Shown here in pieces: positions 38,301 through 52,877 of a stretch of DNA of 64,000 nucleotides. Each line of letters begins with the position of its first letter. Positions within the stretch are counted from its first letter, which is position 1. Source of the DNA: Mizuhopecten yessoensis. Taxonomy: Eukaryota. The DNA is taken from assembly GCF_002113885.1 (NCBI RefSeq), contig NW_018407085.1:58766-122765 (forward strand), in the 5' to 3' direction. The notes under the pieces are model-generated. The model did not search any database. It saw only the letters and a program-made list of their open reading frames with translations, and had not been told where the DNA came from. A program made the position numbers and the translations under genes.

Positions 38301-41300
38301 ACAAACACGATATTTTGTGTTCTCTCGATTAATGATGTTTCACTCGGGGTTCGTGGATATGGATATCTCGACAACTGTACTGTAAGAGGGACAGATGAAT
38401 AAATGCTGACGCGACACGTGTTGGACATCATTAATCACCAACACGTACAAGCGGGAAAAATATCCTGTATTGATTATTCTGTGATATCCGTTGATGAATT
38501 CGTGACCAACGTATTTGTACTGATTATATATATCTTCAGTGTGCTTTTAAACCTGTTGAGACGCGAAAATATGTACAAGAGGGACATATATTGAAGTGTT
38601 TAATCATTCTATGCTGGGTCATAGCTGTTCAAGACATGATATTACAGAATTATATAGGAATTTAATCAGGATTTTTGTCGAGTGTTTATGCAAGTATGAA
38701 CGGGGAAAAATTATCTTACTCACCACATGAGCGGCCATAGCGAAGCGCAAAATCAAATTTGGAATTATATAAATATGTATCCAGGTTTCACTCGCTTTTG
38801 CGCACTCGTTAAAACATCTGAAATTTGTCACACTCGTGAAATATTGCTGATATTTAAAGGAAGCCATCTAATATCGACTTTCAAAACTTGAATTATTAAA
38901 AAAAAAGAGTAAATCTATGTATTTCAACTGTTTGAAATTAACCAACAACTTGCATTTCATATAAATTCTTCAGCACATTTTTGAGGAAATTTGAAAATCT
39001 GTCATAGAAAACAGGGTTTAGAACTTGAGTTAAAACTTGATCTCAAAGAGCAAATCAAGATCACGATTCATTTTACAAATGCTTCTGTGTTACGCCGAGT
39101 TTCATCAACACATAAACCTCAAAATGTTAATTTTACCTAATCAAGAACAACTTCCAAAAAGAAAATTACAAATATTCAACAAAGAATGTTGTGCATTTTT
39201 CTGGCAATAATCCTACTCTTGAAACCTTTTTCGAAATATATACATCCGGGCAAGAGGTCAAGGTCGAGTGACGATCGCCACACGCATTTGTCGTTCCATA
39301 ATCTCACATTCTCTTTAATTTCTATCAACAGCTGAATACGAAAATCTTGGATAAACTTAAATATAATTTGTATGGTAATTTTTATTTTTCACAATAAAGA
39401 GTGTTTTTTCCGTACTTCCAAAAAAATCAAAGAAATTATAATTCAATATGTAAATCTTATTTCTGCGGTGAGTGTACCTAATGACAATTATATTAAAGAG
39501 CGGATCAAACGAACTATTTCAGACAGTACCCTAAAGTTGATGCATACCTTGCCTTAACGTGAAGTCTCTCCGCGCCAGTAGGAGCATAAGGAAGGCATAA
39601 ACAAGAAAAAGAAAGAAAAGAGTTGATGCTTATGAAAACAATAAACAAATGGCATGAAAATATTCAGTTTGTTAACTCTTTATGAAAATATCTAATTCCA
39701 ACATACCCCCTTAGCATATAACTGGACTGCATTATTGTGATCTTTGTCCTAAATATCAAAGGTATTTCAAGCCTTTAGGATACCTAGGATTATTATACCT
39801 CTACTTATTTTACACTATACAAAAGTAACCACATTAACAAGCTATTTCCCCTCTAACTGCATGCCAGGGAAATAGTTCGTCTGAAGGGGTGCGATAGTTT
39901 TGAAACTATTTCCGTCGGAAAATGCGGGAAATTGAGTGACGTCGTGGGTGGGGCCTGACCGAATATTGACCAATCAGCGCAATCGAATTACGTCGGCAAA
40001 TTCCGGCAATTTCCGGCCAGCGCGCCGGTACTTCCTGTTGACATTGAAAATTTGTTGTCTACTAATATTTAGAATAGTGTAAGGGAGTGTTTGTATCGGT
40101 ATAATAAAACAGTTGAAGTATGGGTATTTCGGGATTCGCCTCGGGAAATAGTCCTGGCCTCGGGGGATCATAAACTTGCTATATCCCTCATACCCATACT
40201 TTAACTGTTAACAAACTAACTAACACCCGTGACTGGCATGATATTATGCCATCAACGTGTAAAAGCCAAAAGTGTGACAGGGGAAGCAACTCCCACCACA
40301 CATTTTACAGCTGCAACGTACCTTGATACACGTAATATGTTTAAAATATATTTCAATTGCTTCAAAGTGATTACATGAATTTATAATAGGTCGCAAATTA
40401 GAGTAATTATGTTACCTGAAAATCTTGCAGAGCAATTTTCAAATTAACAACAGTTAGTTTGTATATATTATTCTGTCCATTCTATTATCCAAAGAACTGT
40501 TTCTTCGATAAACTCGGTTCCGTCCAATATTTTAAAGCGCACGAACTGAGGCACGGATATATAGCTAACTAACCTGGCTGAATACTACTGTAGCAGCGAC
40601 GTACACGCACACTGACAGTTTATGTAATATAGATCAAATTTAAATGATACATGCAAAATCTATAACATATTTTCAAATATCACACATCAAGCACATTCTA
40701 TTAACTCTTTGACCTATTTTTACAACATGGACGTCTCAGCTGATACGAAATATGGAACATTATTTGTTTATATTCAAACGGAACTAATCTGCATTTTACT
40801 TGCAAGCAGCAACTGGGAAAATAACTTGAAACTTGAATGAAGTATTCACCAATTTTCCATGGTCTTCATTCTGGAGACATTTCGAATAATTTTGTATGCA
40901 AAGTGGAAAAAAAACAACCGCAATTGTTGCAGCATGTCTTCCAGTTTTTCATGGAAACGATAGGTCGGCCAAGTTTTAGTATCATGTTAAAAGAGGAAAA
41001 AGTTCAAAGGTTTATTATTTAATGTTTTTGACGTTTGCCACGAAATGCTATTGTTTAAACATAGCCTTGTTGAAAGGGAAACGTACATGATCCTTTTGAA
41101 CATTGAATGTAATAAATTGAATCGAAAACGGCACATTTTCCCAAAAACCCAACCCAAAAAAGCATCTTATAAATATAATTTAGAAAGTAAATATACATAA
41201 TGAATGGAATTTTTAAACCATTCAATCTGGTGTTTATGCAAATGTGCTATAATCCAGATTTCTCATAAAGCCAAACGGGCTTCGTGCAATATGGATGTTA

Positions 41301-43849
41301 CCTATTTGCATTCAACCAGAGACCTATTGAGATGCATAGCCGATGTACAATGACCATAGATCACTGAGTTCTTGGCAGCAGGTAAGATAAAAGCTTGGGA
41401 AAGGCAGCACTTGGTTACTTTCATTTTGTGCTGAAAATTGTAATATTCTTTCCTCTCCTTTTTTTCTCGTTTTTTTAATATGTTACGCTTTGTCCTCGTT
41501 GTGTTGCTTTTCTGTAAAATCTTAAATTCAGTCTAATTAAATATTCATTCTAGTTTTGAGAACTCTCTATGGGAACTTACCATGTTGTTAATTGGTCCTT
41601 CTTCGATTTACATTTGTATACTCTTGTATGAAATCCATAATAATATATAGATCAAAAATCACTGCTGCATCAACACAATGACATTGGTGTGTAAAATACA
41701 CTATAAAGACCAGCAGATCTACACACAAATAGTTAAGATTCCAGTCGCTCGTGGGTTACACCACTGCAAAAATTATCAGCTTGAGCCATAACGTTCTGAT
41801 AAACAATGGTATCGTTTTCATCCACAGTGTTTCAATAGCTTTTAAGTACGATGCATTTATCATTCTACGCTCGCCAAATATATAATGTGAAGAACAACGG
41901 CACTGTCAGCTTTTTGTTTTTCATGTATTTCACCATATCTAAGTCACGTGATTTCCGTCTATTATTCTCGATTTCGAATGTTTGGCTAAGGACAGCAAAG
42001 TTATGAATGGTCACTTCCGGAGATACTTACGCAATAAGCTCATATACATTGTGAAGTTCCAACTCCCGAAATGATTGCCGCAACATGTCATATCACTTTT
42101 GGCAACCTTCCATGGATACTCGTTTTTGAAAGACGGCGTCTGATCGGTCCCTTATTTTCACAACATTTTTTTAGATGTTTTTCGGGTCAGTTAGACGCGA
42201 TCTTTCAACATTGATATGGCATGACGTAGAAGATCCAAACGTATCAATATGTGGCGTTATCGATGTTTACAACCATTGAAAGGCTAACATTGTTATATGT
42301 TAATAGTTGGTTTTATTTCGAAAATACATGGACAAGTTATTGAAATAAAGCGAATTTGTGTGCATTTTCCTAGCAACGTTTCTTCCCTTGTTCACATATG
42401 ATATTCCCACTATTAATATGTGTGCTAGGTTAGGATTTTTGGTACAAGGTAAGACTTTAAAAGCAAAACTCTTTGTAAAAATAAAATAACTAAATAAACA
42501 TACACTTTAGCATAACCTTCGTCCAATGAATTTGACGGTTGAATAGTGCTAGCCGGTGTATTACCTCCATGTATAGCTACGCGGCTCCCACACTGAATCT
42601 AATCATAGACATGTTTGTATTGTTACAGGCAAACAGACATCCCCTGAAAGTTAACACGTGATTAGTTTTCTCTCCGCTATATTTGGTGGAATTTCGTCTT
42701 GAACGATACACTGCATAAAATGGCCCGGAGTCGTTGACATAGCAACAAAAATCGATAAGTATGCTTCCCGAAATCGTTCACGGCGATAGATTGTACGTGC
42801 GACGTAACCCTGCCAGGGATTGAGTCTGGTGAATGGTGAAGGAGTGGGATGGAAGTCACCCGACCCCTGTTGTGGTGACACCGGAAGTACACACAGTGCC
42901 TTCGCCGGGGTAAGTAAGGGAGCAATGGTTGCAGTCGCCATATTGCGTGTTGTTTTTGCCACCATCCATTCACTCTTGCAATGCAATACGCACTTGAAAC
43001 ATACAGTCAATCTGTAGGATTAGTAGGCCTTTATTACTGTACTTGTACATCAGTTCTGGCGAGTCCAGTATAACCAGAGTCAGTAATGTGTGGGTTCCGT
43101 GTCCATTTTGTGATCACACGTGTCCGTAGCCATATTATTTACGTCTAACAAATAATCAATATGGCAGTCGGCATCACTACCGTCCTTCGAGCCGGGTTCA
43201 TCAGACCAGCCAGCGACGAATGCTGACAAGCCAACAGTGTATATGGTTAAACTGCTAAAGGAGCAATAGGTTTCAGAAATTAGCAGCAGTTATTTTTTAC
43301 CAAAATATCTTAATTGAGCTAGCATTCTTTGACTGTATGTTTATGCTTGTCTTAAAATACGTTGATATTATATTGAAATCTTAGCTAACAACAACTGTGT
43401 CATTGACTTGCAGGGGCACGATTATCAGCAAACGTACGCCATTGTTTACTATCAGTGTTGCAATCTGTTTATTTATAGCGTTATAATCCACAAAGTATAG
43501 ACATATTGTATGTTATAATCTATACAATATTTAGGTGTTATAATGCACGCAGCATTTCTAACTGTTAAAAGCTACAATGTACGTTTGTTGTAATCAATGT
43601 GTTTTATACATGTAGGCGATACCACCCATGTATTGTATTAATGTGTTATAACATACATTTATCACGATTGGATCTTATTATTATCACATTTCTATAGATG
43701 TTACATTTCACTTGGTAAGTACCATTTGATATAATCAGACGGGAAGGGGCNGGGGGGGGGGGGGGGGGGTGGGTATTTATATTTGATATATTATAATTCA
43801 CACATCTTATCGAGAAAAGAATACACCTGCTATTACCCAATGCATGTAT

Positions 43850-44412
43850 CATAAGAGGCGACTAATGTTTAACCCCCTGCAGAATAGGGATTTGCTTTTG
43901 TGCCCTTTACTTGGAGACACAAAAGCGACCAAAATAAATCTGCTGCACCAATTACCATAGTTCGGATCATTATATTTCTTTAAGCTTTTTCCTTCCTTTT
44001 ATTTCCTAACGCCTTGCTTGGCAATACCTCACTTTTGGCTTTAATGTTGAACTTTCGCCCAGGTGAGGAAGGCAATGGGTTCTGTCCCCAGGCCGGGTCA
44101 TACCAAAGTCCTTTAAAATGGTAGTTGTTATTCCTTGCTTAACGTTCAGCATTAAGGGTAATGGAAACAACTGGTTCACCCATTGTCAGTATAATGTGAC
44201 CGGTGGAATGCTGTGCTAGGATTTAGGCATGGCATTTCAGTGAGATAGCACTATAAAGTCGGCATCAGATCCAGGCTATCACAAGGAGGCAAGTATACCA
44301 ACATATCCTGTCTCCAGTACACATACATGCATGCATGCTTACACAACACACATGGAGGCACGTCCTGAAATGACCTTAGCTGTTAAAAGGGCGTTAAACA
44401 AAATTAAACTAA
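43850..44412 (+). mobile_element. SINE, probably of the molluscan Meta/RUDI type
   Basis: gggtcataccaaag...aaaatggtag...tcagcattaaggg...gtcagtataatgtgac...cagtgagatagcactataaag core and gcgttaaac plus A-rich tail; family recalled, boundaries approximate. Confidence 0.55.
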
Positions 44413-45496
44413 AATCATTGTACACGTAGTTAGGATTATCTACATATGCGTAAGTGCATATATTTTATAATGAAGGCAATGTGATGTTATGATTCACAAA
44501 TCTAATTCATTTGAGATATAACACGGCAACGATATACAATGTTTTTCTCATTTGCATATGAAGCCCGGATAACGATTGTTAATGACGTTAATGACCCCGA
44601 TTGACCCTGGCATGTTGAAATTGACTATCGATGAAGTCACGAACAACAGCACGACCCCGAAAGGTTAATGTCATTCCGCCTCACTTTGAATATTTCTGAC
44701 GTGACCAATCCACGGCAGAGTGACCTAGAGTTTGAAGAAAACACTCAAAAATATATTTAAGTCGTCGTTTCTTTTTGTGGTTTTGGCTTATATGAATTAG
44801 AATGGGGATAACCTTACTGTATTTTGACATGTGCGGCAGTATATCGTGATTATACTGTCGCAATTATCCGTTGTAATGGCTCCGCTCCGCGTCACCATTA
44901 AACTCAATTTGCGACAGTATAACTAAATTCACAATACACCGCCGCAAATTTCAAAATACGGTAGGGTTACCCCTTAATTGCTTCATGCATGATGATCCAT
45001 ACATTGCGTTTGGTTTTATAATCATACCAGTGTGTATTGTAAAACAAGCATTGTGTTTGAGTTAGTCCACATGTAGGTGTATAATCAACCCATCGTGTTT
45101 AGGTGGTAAAAGCCATATTTTGTATAGGGACTATGTAATCTTCACATTGTGTTCAGGTGTTAATTCCAAATATTGTAAGCAGGTGTTATAATATACACTT
45201 TGTGTTTAGGTGTTATATTGCACATTTTGTGTTTATTATGTTGAGAGGTTCATGGAGATGCATTTATATAAGTTGTAAAACTTGTTTCCAAATCAAACTT
45301 CAGAAAGTATGTATCACTTATATTATTTTATAAACGCAAAAAGAAATTGAATGAAATATATTTCATTTAGATAGGTTTCACGGAGTACGCAGTAAGGTCA
45401 CAGCTATCATTACCACTGTACACTACCTCACGATTTATGTTATTCATTTTCAGAATTTGATGATGACAACAACATCCTTTAACCAAAGCCTCGATA

Positions 45497-45698
45497 ATGG
45501 ATACGACATTCTTCACCCGGAAACTAGTCACTGCGGCTGCGCTGTTTCTGTGCGGTTTCCTGTGTTTCGTGATAGCGTTTGCCACCCCAACCTGGTTACA
45601 TGTTCGTGAGGGTATCCATGGTGGTCTGTGGTCCAGATGTCTCATGGTAAAGGAGCCTGCCTACTGGACGTGTGACGCTTGGGAACAGCCGACAAATG
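45497..45698 (+). CDS. Claudin/PMP22/EMP-family tetraspan protein, coding exon 1
   Basis: TM1 then ATPTW...GLWSRC...WTC (W-GLW-C-C signature); donor G|gtaggg, phase 1. Confidence 0.88.
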
Positions 45699-46417
45699 GT
45701 AGGGTTATAGGATCTAGTCATACGAAAACCTTAATACATGTATCGATGAAAAGTTACAGCAAATCAGCATTTGGTTTATATTTTCGTAACATTCCTATGA
45801 TGCAAATCCAATAAAACCAACCAGAGTTATAAAACCGCATGTGTAATGATAATGACATCATTTCAAGTGTAACGTCCAAAATATAACGTAAAATATTTAG
45901 GTCGTATTGAAATGCATTAATCGATCCGAATTATAGGTATAAATTCTTTCCCAAAAATAAACTATATTCTGTAAACAACCACTGTATCGTTTTATATTTT
46001 TAAATTATTTACTTCTGGTGGTTAGGACACCATTTTCATTTCAACTTCGGCGATTAGGTCTACCGGACAGTTCCAGTCTAGTACATTCCTCATAAAGGAC
46101 AATTCCAAAGCGTTGCGTTTGCGTTTCGCTTTCGTCGCGTTTGCATTGTATTTGCGTTACATTTGCGTTTAAATTGACGAAAGAAAGTCTCCGACAAAAT
46201 TGTGACGTCATCTTGTAACGCCTCAAGCAAAGCCGTGTTAACTCATGTAAAGATTTACCATCGCCATTCTGATTCCATACTTATGATACGTCCAACAAAT
46301 GCACTCTTGTGGTTAGGGTTAACATGACAGTCATTTGTATTCTTTCTGAAGGCAAAATTTTGATTTAGAGTTTTCAAAATCATCCATCGACCTAGTTAAT
46401 ATGTAGCATCGAGTTAT

Positions 46418-46745
46418 TAATAATAATTATAATAATAATTCGAAGTTCTTATATACCGCTTTATCACAACCTCGCAGGTCGTCTAAAAGCGGTTCACAAA
46501 TTATTATCTGTGGTTATCCCTTTGCAACAAGCCAATAATTTTCTCAACTCCCCGGGGAGCTGATACAGCCGGCGCTCACAGCTATAGCGTTCTACAATTA
46601 AATCAATTTCCAACCACGTGCTCATTTACAACTGACTAGACTGGAAAATGCAGAGTAAAGTATCAGGCTTAAAGATACAACACAGTGCCGTGCCGTGACT
46701 CGAACCCGCAACCCTTCGGTCACCAGCCAAACGTTTCCATATAGC
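46418..46745 (-). mobile_element. tRNA-derived CORE-type SINE
   Basis: B-box GGTTCGAGTC (reverse complement of 46698-46707), CORE-like gtaaagtatc...aagatacaacac segment, AAT-rich tail. Confidence 0.6.
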
Positions 46746-47929
46746 CTTCAATTTATTTATATTCCAATATTAGCCAGCTATCCAGTACTGTAGAGTGGTA
46801 GTCTATGATGATCTTGTCCGCGCTCAACTTGAGTTCTCGCCTAATAGACTGACCAAAGTGGAATATCGTATACATAGACATTACAACTGTAAGGTGACCC
46901 AAACGTGTTTCACCAATATATTGATAATAAGTATACGTTCCCTGCTGAGTGAAATACCAGTGCGTGTTTCATCAATATAGGTAGTATGTCGATATCTAGT
47001 GTGTGAGGGCAAAGTGCGAGTCCACAACAACCAAAAATATGGTAATTAACTACAAACCGTTCTTTCTATTAACTACATTTGACATGTTCACGTACATGTA
47101 CGAAAAGTAACATTTTCCAAAAACTACCATTTTACAAATTACCAGACTTTATAGGAGTACTCAAATTTGTACATTTACATGTCAAAATCAGAGTATCATG
47201 TTAGACTTGGTCATGCACGCTGTGAATATTTCATGATATCATGTTGTCACTGCGTGTCTGTACGGTATGTTATAGTATCGATTTCAGACTCGTGAAGGTG
47301 TTTGTATTATTGATGTTTGGTGTCACGCAGGACTTTACAGAACTACAGCTGGCAATTCAAGTTAGAAATAATTTCAAGAACACTAACAACATGGTCCGTA
47401 TATCTTCTATGACCAACCAACACTGATGTCAGTCCGTCGACAGATATATCTCAATCGGTAACTGTCTTCTCGGTAATGTTTACAACAGGTAACAGGAGTT
47501 TTCATCTCATCATCCATAATACTGGTATCATACATTTATAAATAAAGACAAGATTTCGAGTCATTTTCCGAAATCTGACTCTTTTTTTTATCCCTTACTC
47601 TCTTTCCTTCTTGTCATTTTTATGACAACATTCCTCAAACCCACATACTTATTGAGGACTAATGGGAAAGGGGTAAGTTGGGGCGGCAGCAAGGGGGAGG
47701 GGTTGAACTACACTGTATCTAGAATATGCCAACGATAAAAAAAGTATGGGCATTGATACAATCTTATTAATGAATGGCAACTACAATCTATCTATAAATA
47801 ATTTTGGAAGTTGATCTACAAAAAAATGTATACGTAGTTATCCTGTCCACACAACTCAAAAACAACAAAAAAACATGAAGTATTAATAACAAAATAGTCT
47901 TCGGTGGGTGCTACGGTGACTGTGCTTGT

Positions 47930-50900
47930 GGTGTAGATGTTATAACGGCGTCATATCCTCACTATAAATGTATATGTTGCAGGTCAAGGCGTCACGTCCT
48001 CACTATAAATGTATGGTTTGCAGGTCACGGCGTCACGTCCTCACTATAAATGTATATGTTGCAGGGTTTATAATGGCGTCACGTCCTCACTATAAATGTA
48101 TGTGTTGCAGGTTTATAATGGTGTCACATCCTCACTATAAATGTATGTGTTGTAGGTCACGGCGTCACGTCCTCGCTATAAACGTCCTCTCTATAAATGT
48201 ATATGTTGCAGGTCACGGCGTCACGTTCTCACTATGAATGTATGTGTTGCAGGTTTATAATGGTGTCACATCCTCACTATAAATGTATGTGTTGTAGGTC
48301 ACGGCGTCACGTCCTCGCTATAAACGTCCTCACTATAAATGTATATGTTGCAGGTCACGGCGTCACGTTCTCACTATGAATGTATGTGTTGCAGGTTTAT
48401 AATGGTGTCACATCCTCACTATAAATGTATGTGTTGCAGGTCAAGACGTCACGTCCTCACTATAAATGTATGTGTTGCAGGTTTATAATGGTGTCACATC
48501 CTCACTATAAATGTATGTGTTGCAGGTCACGGCGTAACGTCATCAATATAAATGTATGTGTTGCAGGTTTTATAATGGCGTCACGCCCTCACTATAAATG
48601 TATGTGTTGCAGGTCACGGCCTCACGTCCTCACTATAAACGTCCTCACTATAAATGTATGTGTTGCAGGTCACGGCCTCACGTCCTCACTATAAATGTAT
48701 GTATTGCAGGCGTTATAACGGCGTTACGTCCTCACTATCAATGTATATGTTGCAGGTTTTATAATGGCGTCACGTCCTCACTATAAATGCATATGTTGCA
48801 GGTTTTATAACGGTGTCACGTCCTCATTTAAATGTATATGTTGCAGGTCACGGCGTCACGTCCTCACTGTAAATGTATGTGTTGCAGGTCACGGCGTCCC
48901 GATCTCACTATAAATGTGTGTGTTGCAGGTTTTATAATGGCGTCACGCCCTCACTATAAATGTATGTGTTGCAGGTCACGGCCTCACGTCCTCACTATAA
49001 ACGTCATCACTATAAATGTATGTGTTGCAGGTCACGGTGCCACGTCCTCACTATAAATGTATGTGTTGCGGGTCACGGCCACACGTCCTCACTATAAATG
49101 TATGTATTGCAGGTCACGGCGTCACGTCGTCACTATAAATGTATGTGTTGCAGGTCACGGCCTCACGTCCTCACTTTAAATGTATATGTTGCAGGTCACT
49201 GCGTCACGTCCTCACTATAAGTGTATATGTTGCAGGTCACGGCGTCACGTTCTCACTATAAATGTATGTGTTGCAGGTTTATAATGGTGTCACATCCTCA
49301 CTATAAATGTATGTGTTGCAGGTCACGGCGTAACGTCATCAATATAAATGTATGTGTTGCAGGTTTTATAACGGTGTCACATCCTCACTATAAATGTATG
49401 TGTTGCAGGTTTTATAACGATGTCACGTCCTCACTATAAATGTATGTGTTGCAGGCGTTATAACGGCGTTACGTCCTCACTTTAAATGTATATGTTGCAG
49501 GTCATGGCGTCACGTCCTCACTATAAATGTATGTGTTGCAGGTCACGGCCACACGTCCTCACTATAAATGTATGTATTGCAGGTCACGGCGTCACGTCCT
49601 CATTATAAATGTATGTGTTGCATGTCACGGAGTCACGTCCTCACTTTAAATGTATGTGTTGCAGGTCACTGCGTCACGTCCTCACTATCAATGTATATGT
49701 TGCAGGTTTTATAACGGTGTCACGTCCTCACTATAAATGTATGTGTTGCAGGCGTTATAACGGCGTTACGTCCTCACTTTAAATGGATATCTTTCAGGTC
49801 AAGGCGTCACGGCCTCACTATAAATGTATGTGTTGTAGGTCACGGCGTCACGTCCTCATTATAAATGTATGTGTTGCATGTCACGGAGATAAATGTATGT
49901 GTTGCAGGTCAAGGCGTCACGTCCTCACTATAAATATATGTGTGTTGCAGGTTTTATAACGATGTCACGTCCTCACTATAAATGCATGTGTTGCAGGTGT
50001 TATAACGGCGTTACGTCCTCACTTTAAATGTATATGTTGCAGGTCACGGCGTCACGTCCTCACTATAAGTGTATATGTTGCAGGTCACGGCGTCACGTCC
50101 TCACTATAAATGTATGTGTTGCAGGTCACAGTGTCACGTCCTTACTATAAATGTATGTGTTGCAGGTGTTATAACGGCGTCACGTCCTCACTTTAAATGT
50201 ATATGTTGCAGGTCACGGCGTCACGTCATCACTATAAATGTATGTGTTGCAGGTCACGGCGTCACGTCCTCACTATAAATGTATGTGTTGCATGTCACGG
50301 AGTCACGTCCTCACTTTAAATGTATATGTTGCAGGTCATGGCGTCATGTCCTCACTATAAATGTATGTGTTGCAGGTTTAATAACGGTGTCACATCCTCA
50401 CTATAAATGTATGTGTTGCAGGTCAAGGCGTCACGTCCTCACTATAAATGTATGTGTTGCAGGTCAAGGCGTCACGTCCTCACTATAAATGTATGTGTTG
50501 CAGGTCAAGGCGTCACGTCCTCACTATAAATGTATGTGTTGCAGGTCAAGGCGTCACGTCCTCACTATAAATGTATGTGTTGCAGGTCAAGGCGTCACGT
50601 CCTCACTATAAATGTATGTGTTGCAGGTCAAGGCGTCACGTCCTCACTATAAATGTATGTGTTGCAGGTCAAGGCGTCACGTCCTCACTATAAATGTATG
50701 TGTTGCAGGTCAAGGCGTCACGTCCTCACTATAAATGTATGTGTTGCAGGTCAAGGCGTCACGTCCTCACTATAAATGTATGTGTTGCAGGTCAAGGCGT
50801 CACGTCCTCACTATAAATGTATGTGTTGCAGGTCAAGGCGTCACGTCCTCACTATAAATGTATGTGTTGCAGGTCAAGGCGTCACGTCCTCACTATAAAT

Positions 50901-52722
50901 GTATGTGTTGCAGGTCAAGGCGTCACGTCCTCACTATAAATGTATGTGTTGCAGGTCAAGGCGTCACGTCCTCACTATAAATGTATGTGTTGCAGGTCAA
51001 GGCGTCACGTCCTCACTATAAATGTATGTGTTGCAGGTCAAGGCGTCACGTCCTCACTATAAATGTATGTGTTGCAGGTCAAGGCGTCACGTCCTCACTA
51101 TAAATGTATGTGTTGCAGGTCAAGGCGTCACGTCCTCACTATAAATGTATGTGTTGCAGGTCAAGGCGTCACGTCCTCACTATAAATGTATGTGTTGCAG
51201 GTCAAGGCGTCACGTCCTCACTATAAATGTATGTGTTGCAGGTCAAGGCGTCACGTCCTCACTATAAATGTATGTGTTGCAGGTCAAGGCGTCACGTCCT
51301 CACTATAAATGTATGTGTTGCAGGTCAAGGCGTCACGTCCTCACTATAAATGTATGTGTTGCAGGTCAAGGCGTCACGTCCTCACTATAAATGTATGTGT
51401 TGCAGGTCAAGGCGTCACGTCCTCACTATAAATGTATGTGTTGCAGGTCAAGGCGTCACGTCCTCACTATAAATGTATGTGTTGCAGGTCAAGGCGTCAC
51501 GTCCTCACTATAAATGTATGTGTTGCAGGTCAAGGCGTCACGTCCTCACTATAAATGTATGTGTTGCAGGTCAAGGCGTCACGTCCTCACTATAAATGTA
51601 TGTGTTGCAGGTCAAGGCGTCACGTCCTCACTATAAATGTATGTGTTGCAGGTCAAGGCGTCACGTCCTCACTATAAATGTATGTGTTGCAGGTCAAGGC
51701 GTCACGTCCTCACTATAAATGTATGTGTTGCAGGTCAAGGCGTCACGTCCTCACTATAAATGTATGTGTTGCAGGTCAAGGCGTCACGTCCTCACTATAA
51801 ATGTATGTGTTGCAGGTCAAGGCGTCACGTCCTCACTATAAATGTATGTGTTGCAGGTCAAGGCGTCACGTCCTCACTATAAATGTATGTGTTGCAGGTC
51901 AAGGCGTCACGTCCTCACTATAAATGTATGTGTTGCAGGTCAAGGCGTCACGTCCTCACTATAAATGTATGTGTTGCAGGTCAAGGCGTCACGTCCTCAC
52001 TATAAATGTATGTGTTGCAGGTCAAGGCGTCACGTCCTCACTATAAATGTATGTGTTGCAGGTCAAGGCGTCACGTCCTCACTATAAATGTATGTGTTGC
52101 AGGTCACGGCGTCACGTCCTCACTATAAATGTATGTGTTGCAGGTCACTGCGTCACGTCCTCACTATAAATGTATGTATTGCAGGTCACGGCGTCACGTC
52201 ATCACTATAAATGTATGTGTTGCAGGTCACTGCGTCACGTCCTCACTATAAATGTATGTGTTGCAGGTTTTATAATGGCGTCACGTCCTCACTATAAATG
52301 TATGTGTTGCAGGTCACGGCGTCACCTCCTCACTATAAATGTATATGTTGCATGTCACGGCGTCACGTTCTCACTATGAATGTATGTGTTGCAGGTTTTA
52401 TAATGGCGTCACGTCCTCACTATAAATGTATGTGTTGCATGTCACGGAGTCACGTCCTCACTAAAGTGTATATGTGGCAGGTTTTATAACGGTGTCACTT
52501 CCTTACTATAAATGTATGTGTTGCAGGTTTTCATAACGGCGTCACGATCTCACTATAAATGTATGTGTTGCAGGTTTTATAATGGCGTCACGCCCTCACT
52601 ATAAATGTATGTGTTGCAGGTCACGGCGTCACGTCCTCACTATAAATGTATATGTTGTAGGTTCTATAACGGCGTCACGCCCTTACTATAAATGTATATG
52701 TTGTAGGTTTTATAACGGCGTC
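47930..52722. repeat. ~4.8-kb intronic minisatellite, 41-bp unit ATAAATGTATGTGTTGCAGGTCAAGGCGTCACGTCCTCACT with 44-45-bp variants; homogeneous core ~50400-52105
   Basis: 41-bp periodicity (50421, 50462...); the last unit is the real acceptor of exon 2. Confidence 0.97.
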
Positions 52723-52877
52723 CCAGGCGTTCGCTGTCATGTCACTACTGCTGTATGTATTACTCTTCGTCGCTATGATTGTCACTATTGTGTCCATGGT
52801 ACAAGACATCCCCTACCGGAAGTATATCGACCGGAAGTGCGTGCTCATGTTATTGGCTGTCAGTACCTTCTCAGCAG
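52707..52877 (+). CDS. Claudin/PMP22-family gene, coding exon 2 (TM2 and start of TM3)
   Basis: ttgtag|GT TTT ATA ACG GCG TCC CAG gives (G)FITASQAFAVMSLLLYVLLF...STFSA; donor G|gtaaga; phases match exons 1 and 3. Confidence 0.88.

Noticed and set aside
42651-43017. 119-aa, 98-aa and 65-aa overlapping ORFs
   Set aside because: No recognisable domain; kept only as a low-interest possible transcript
47930-52722. CRISPR-like array or Cys-rich (metallothionein-like) ORFs
   Set aside because: No unique spacers and no cas genes in a eukaryotic intron; ORFs are translations of a 41-bp unit that is not a multiple of 3
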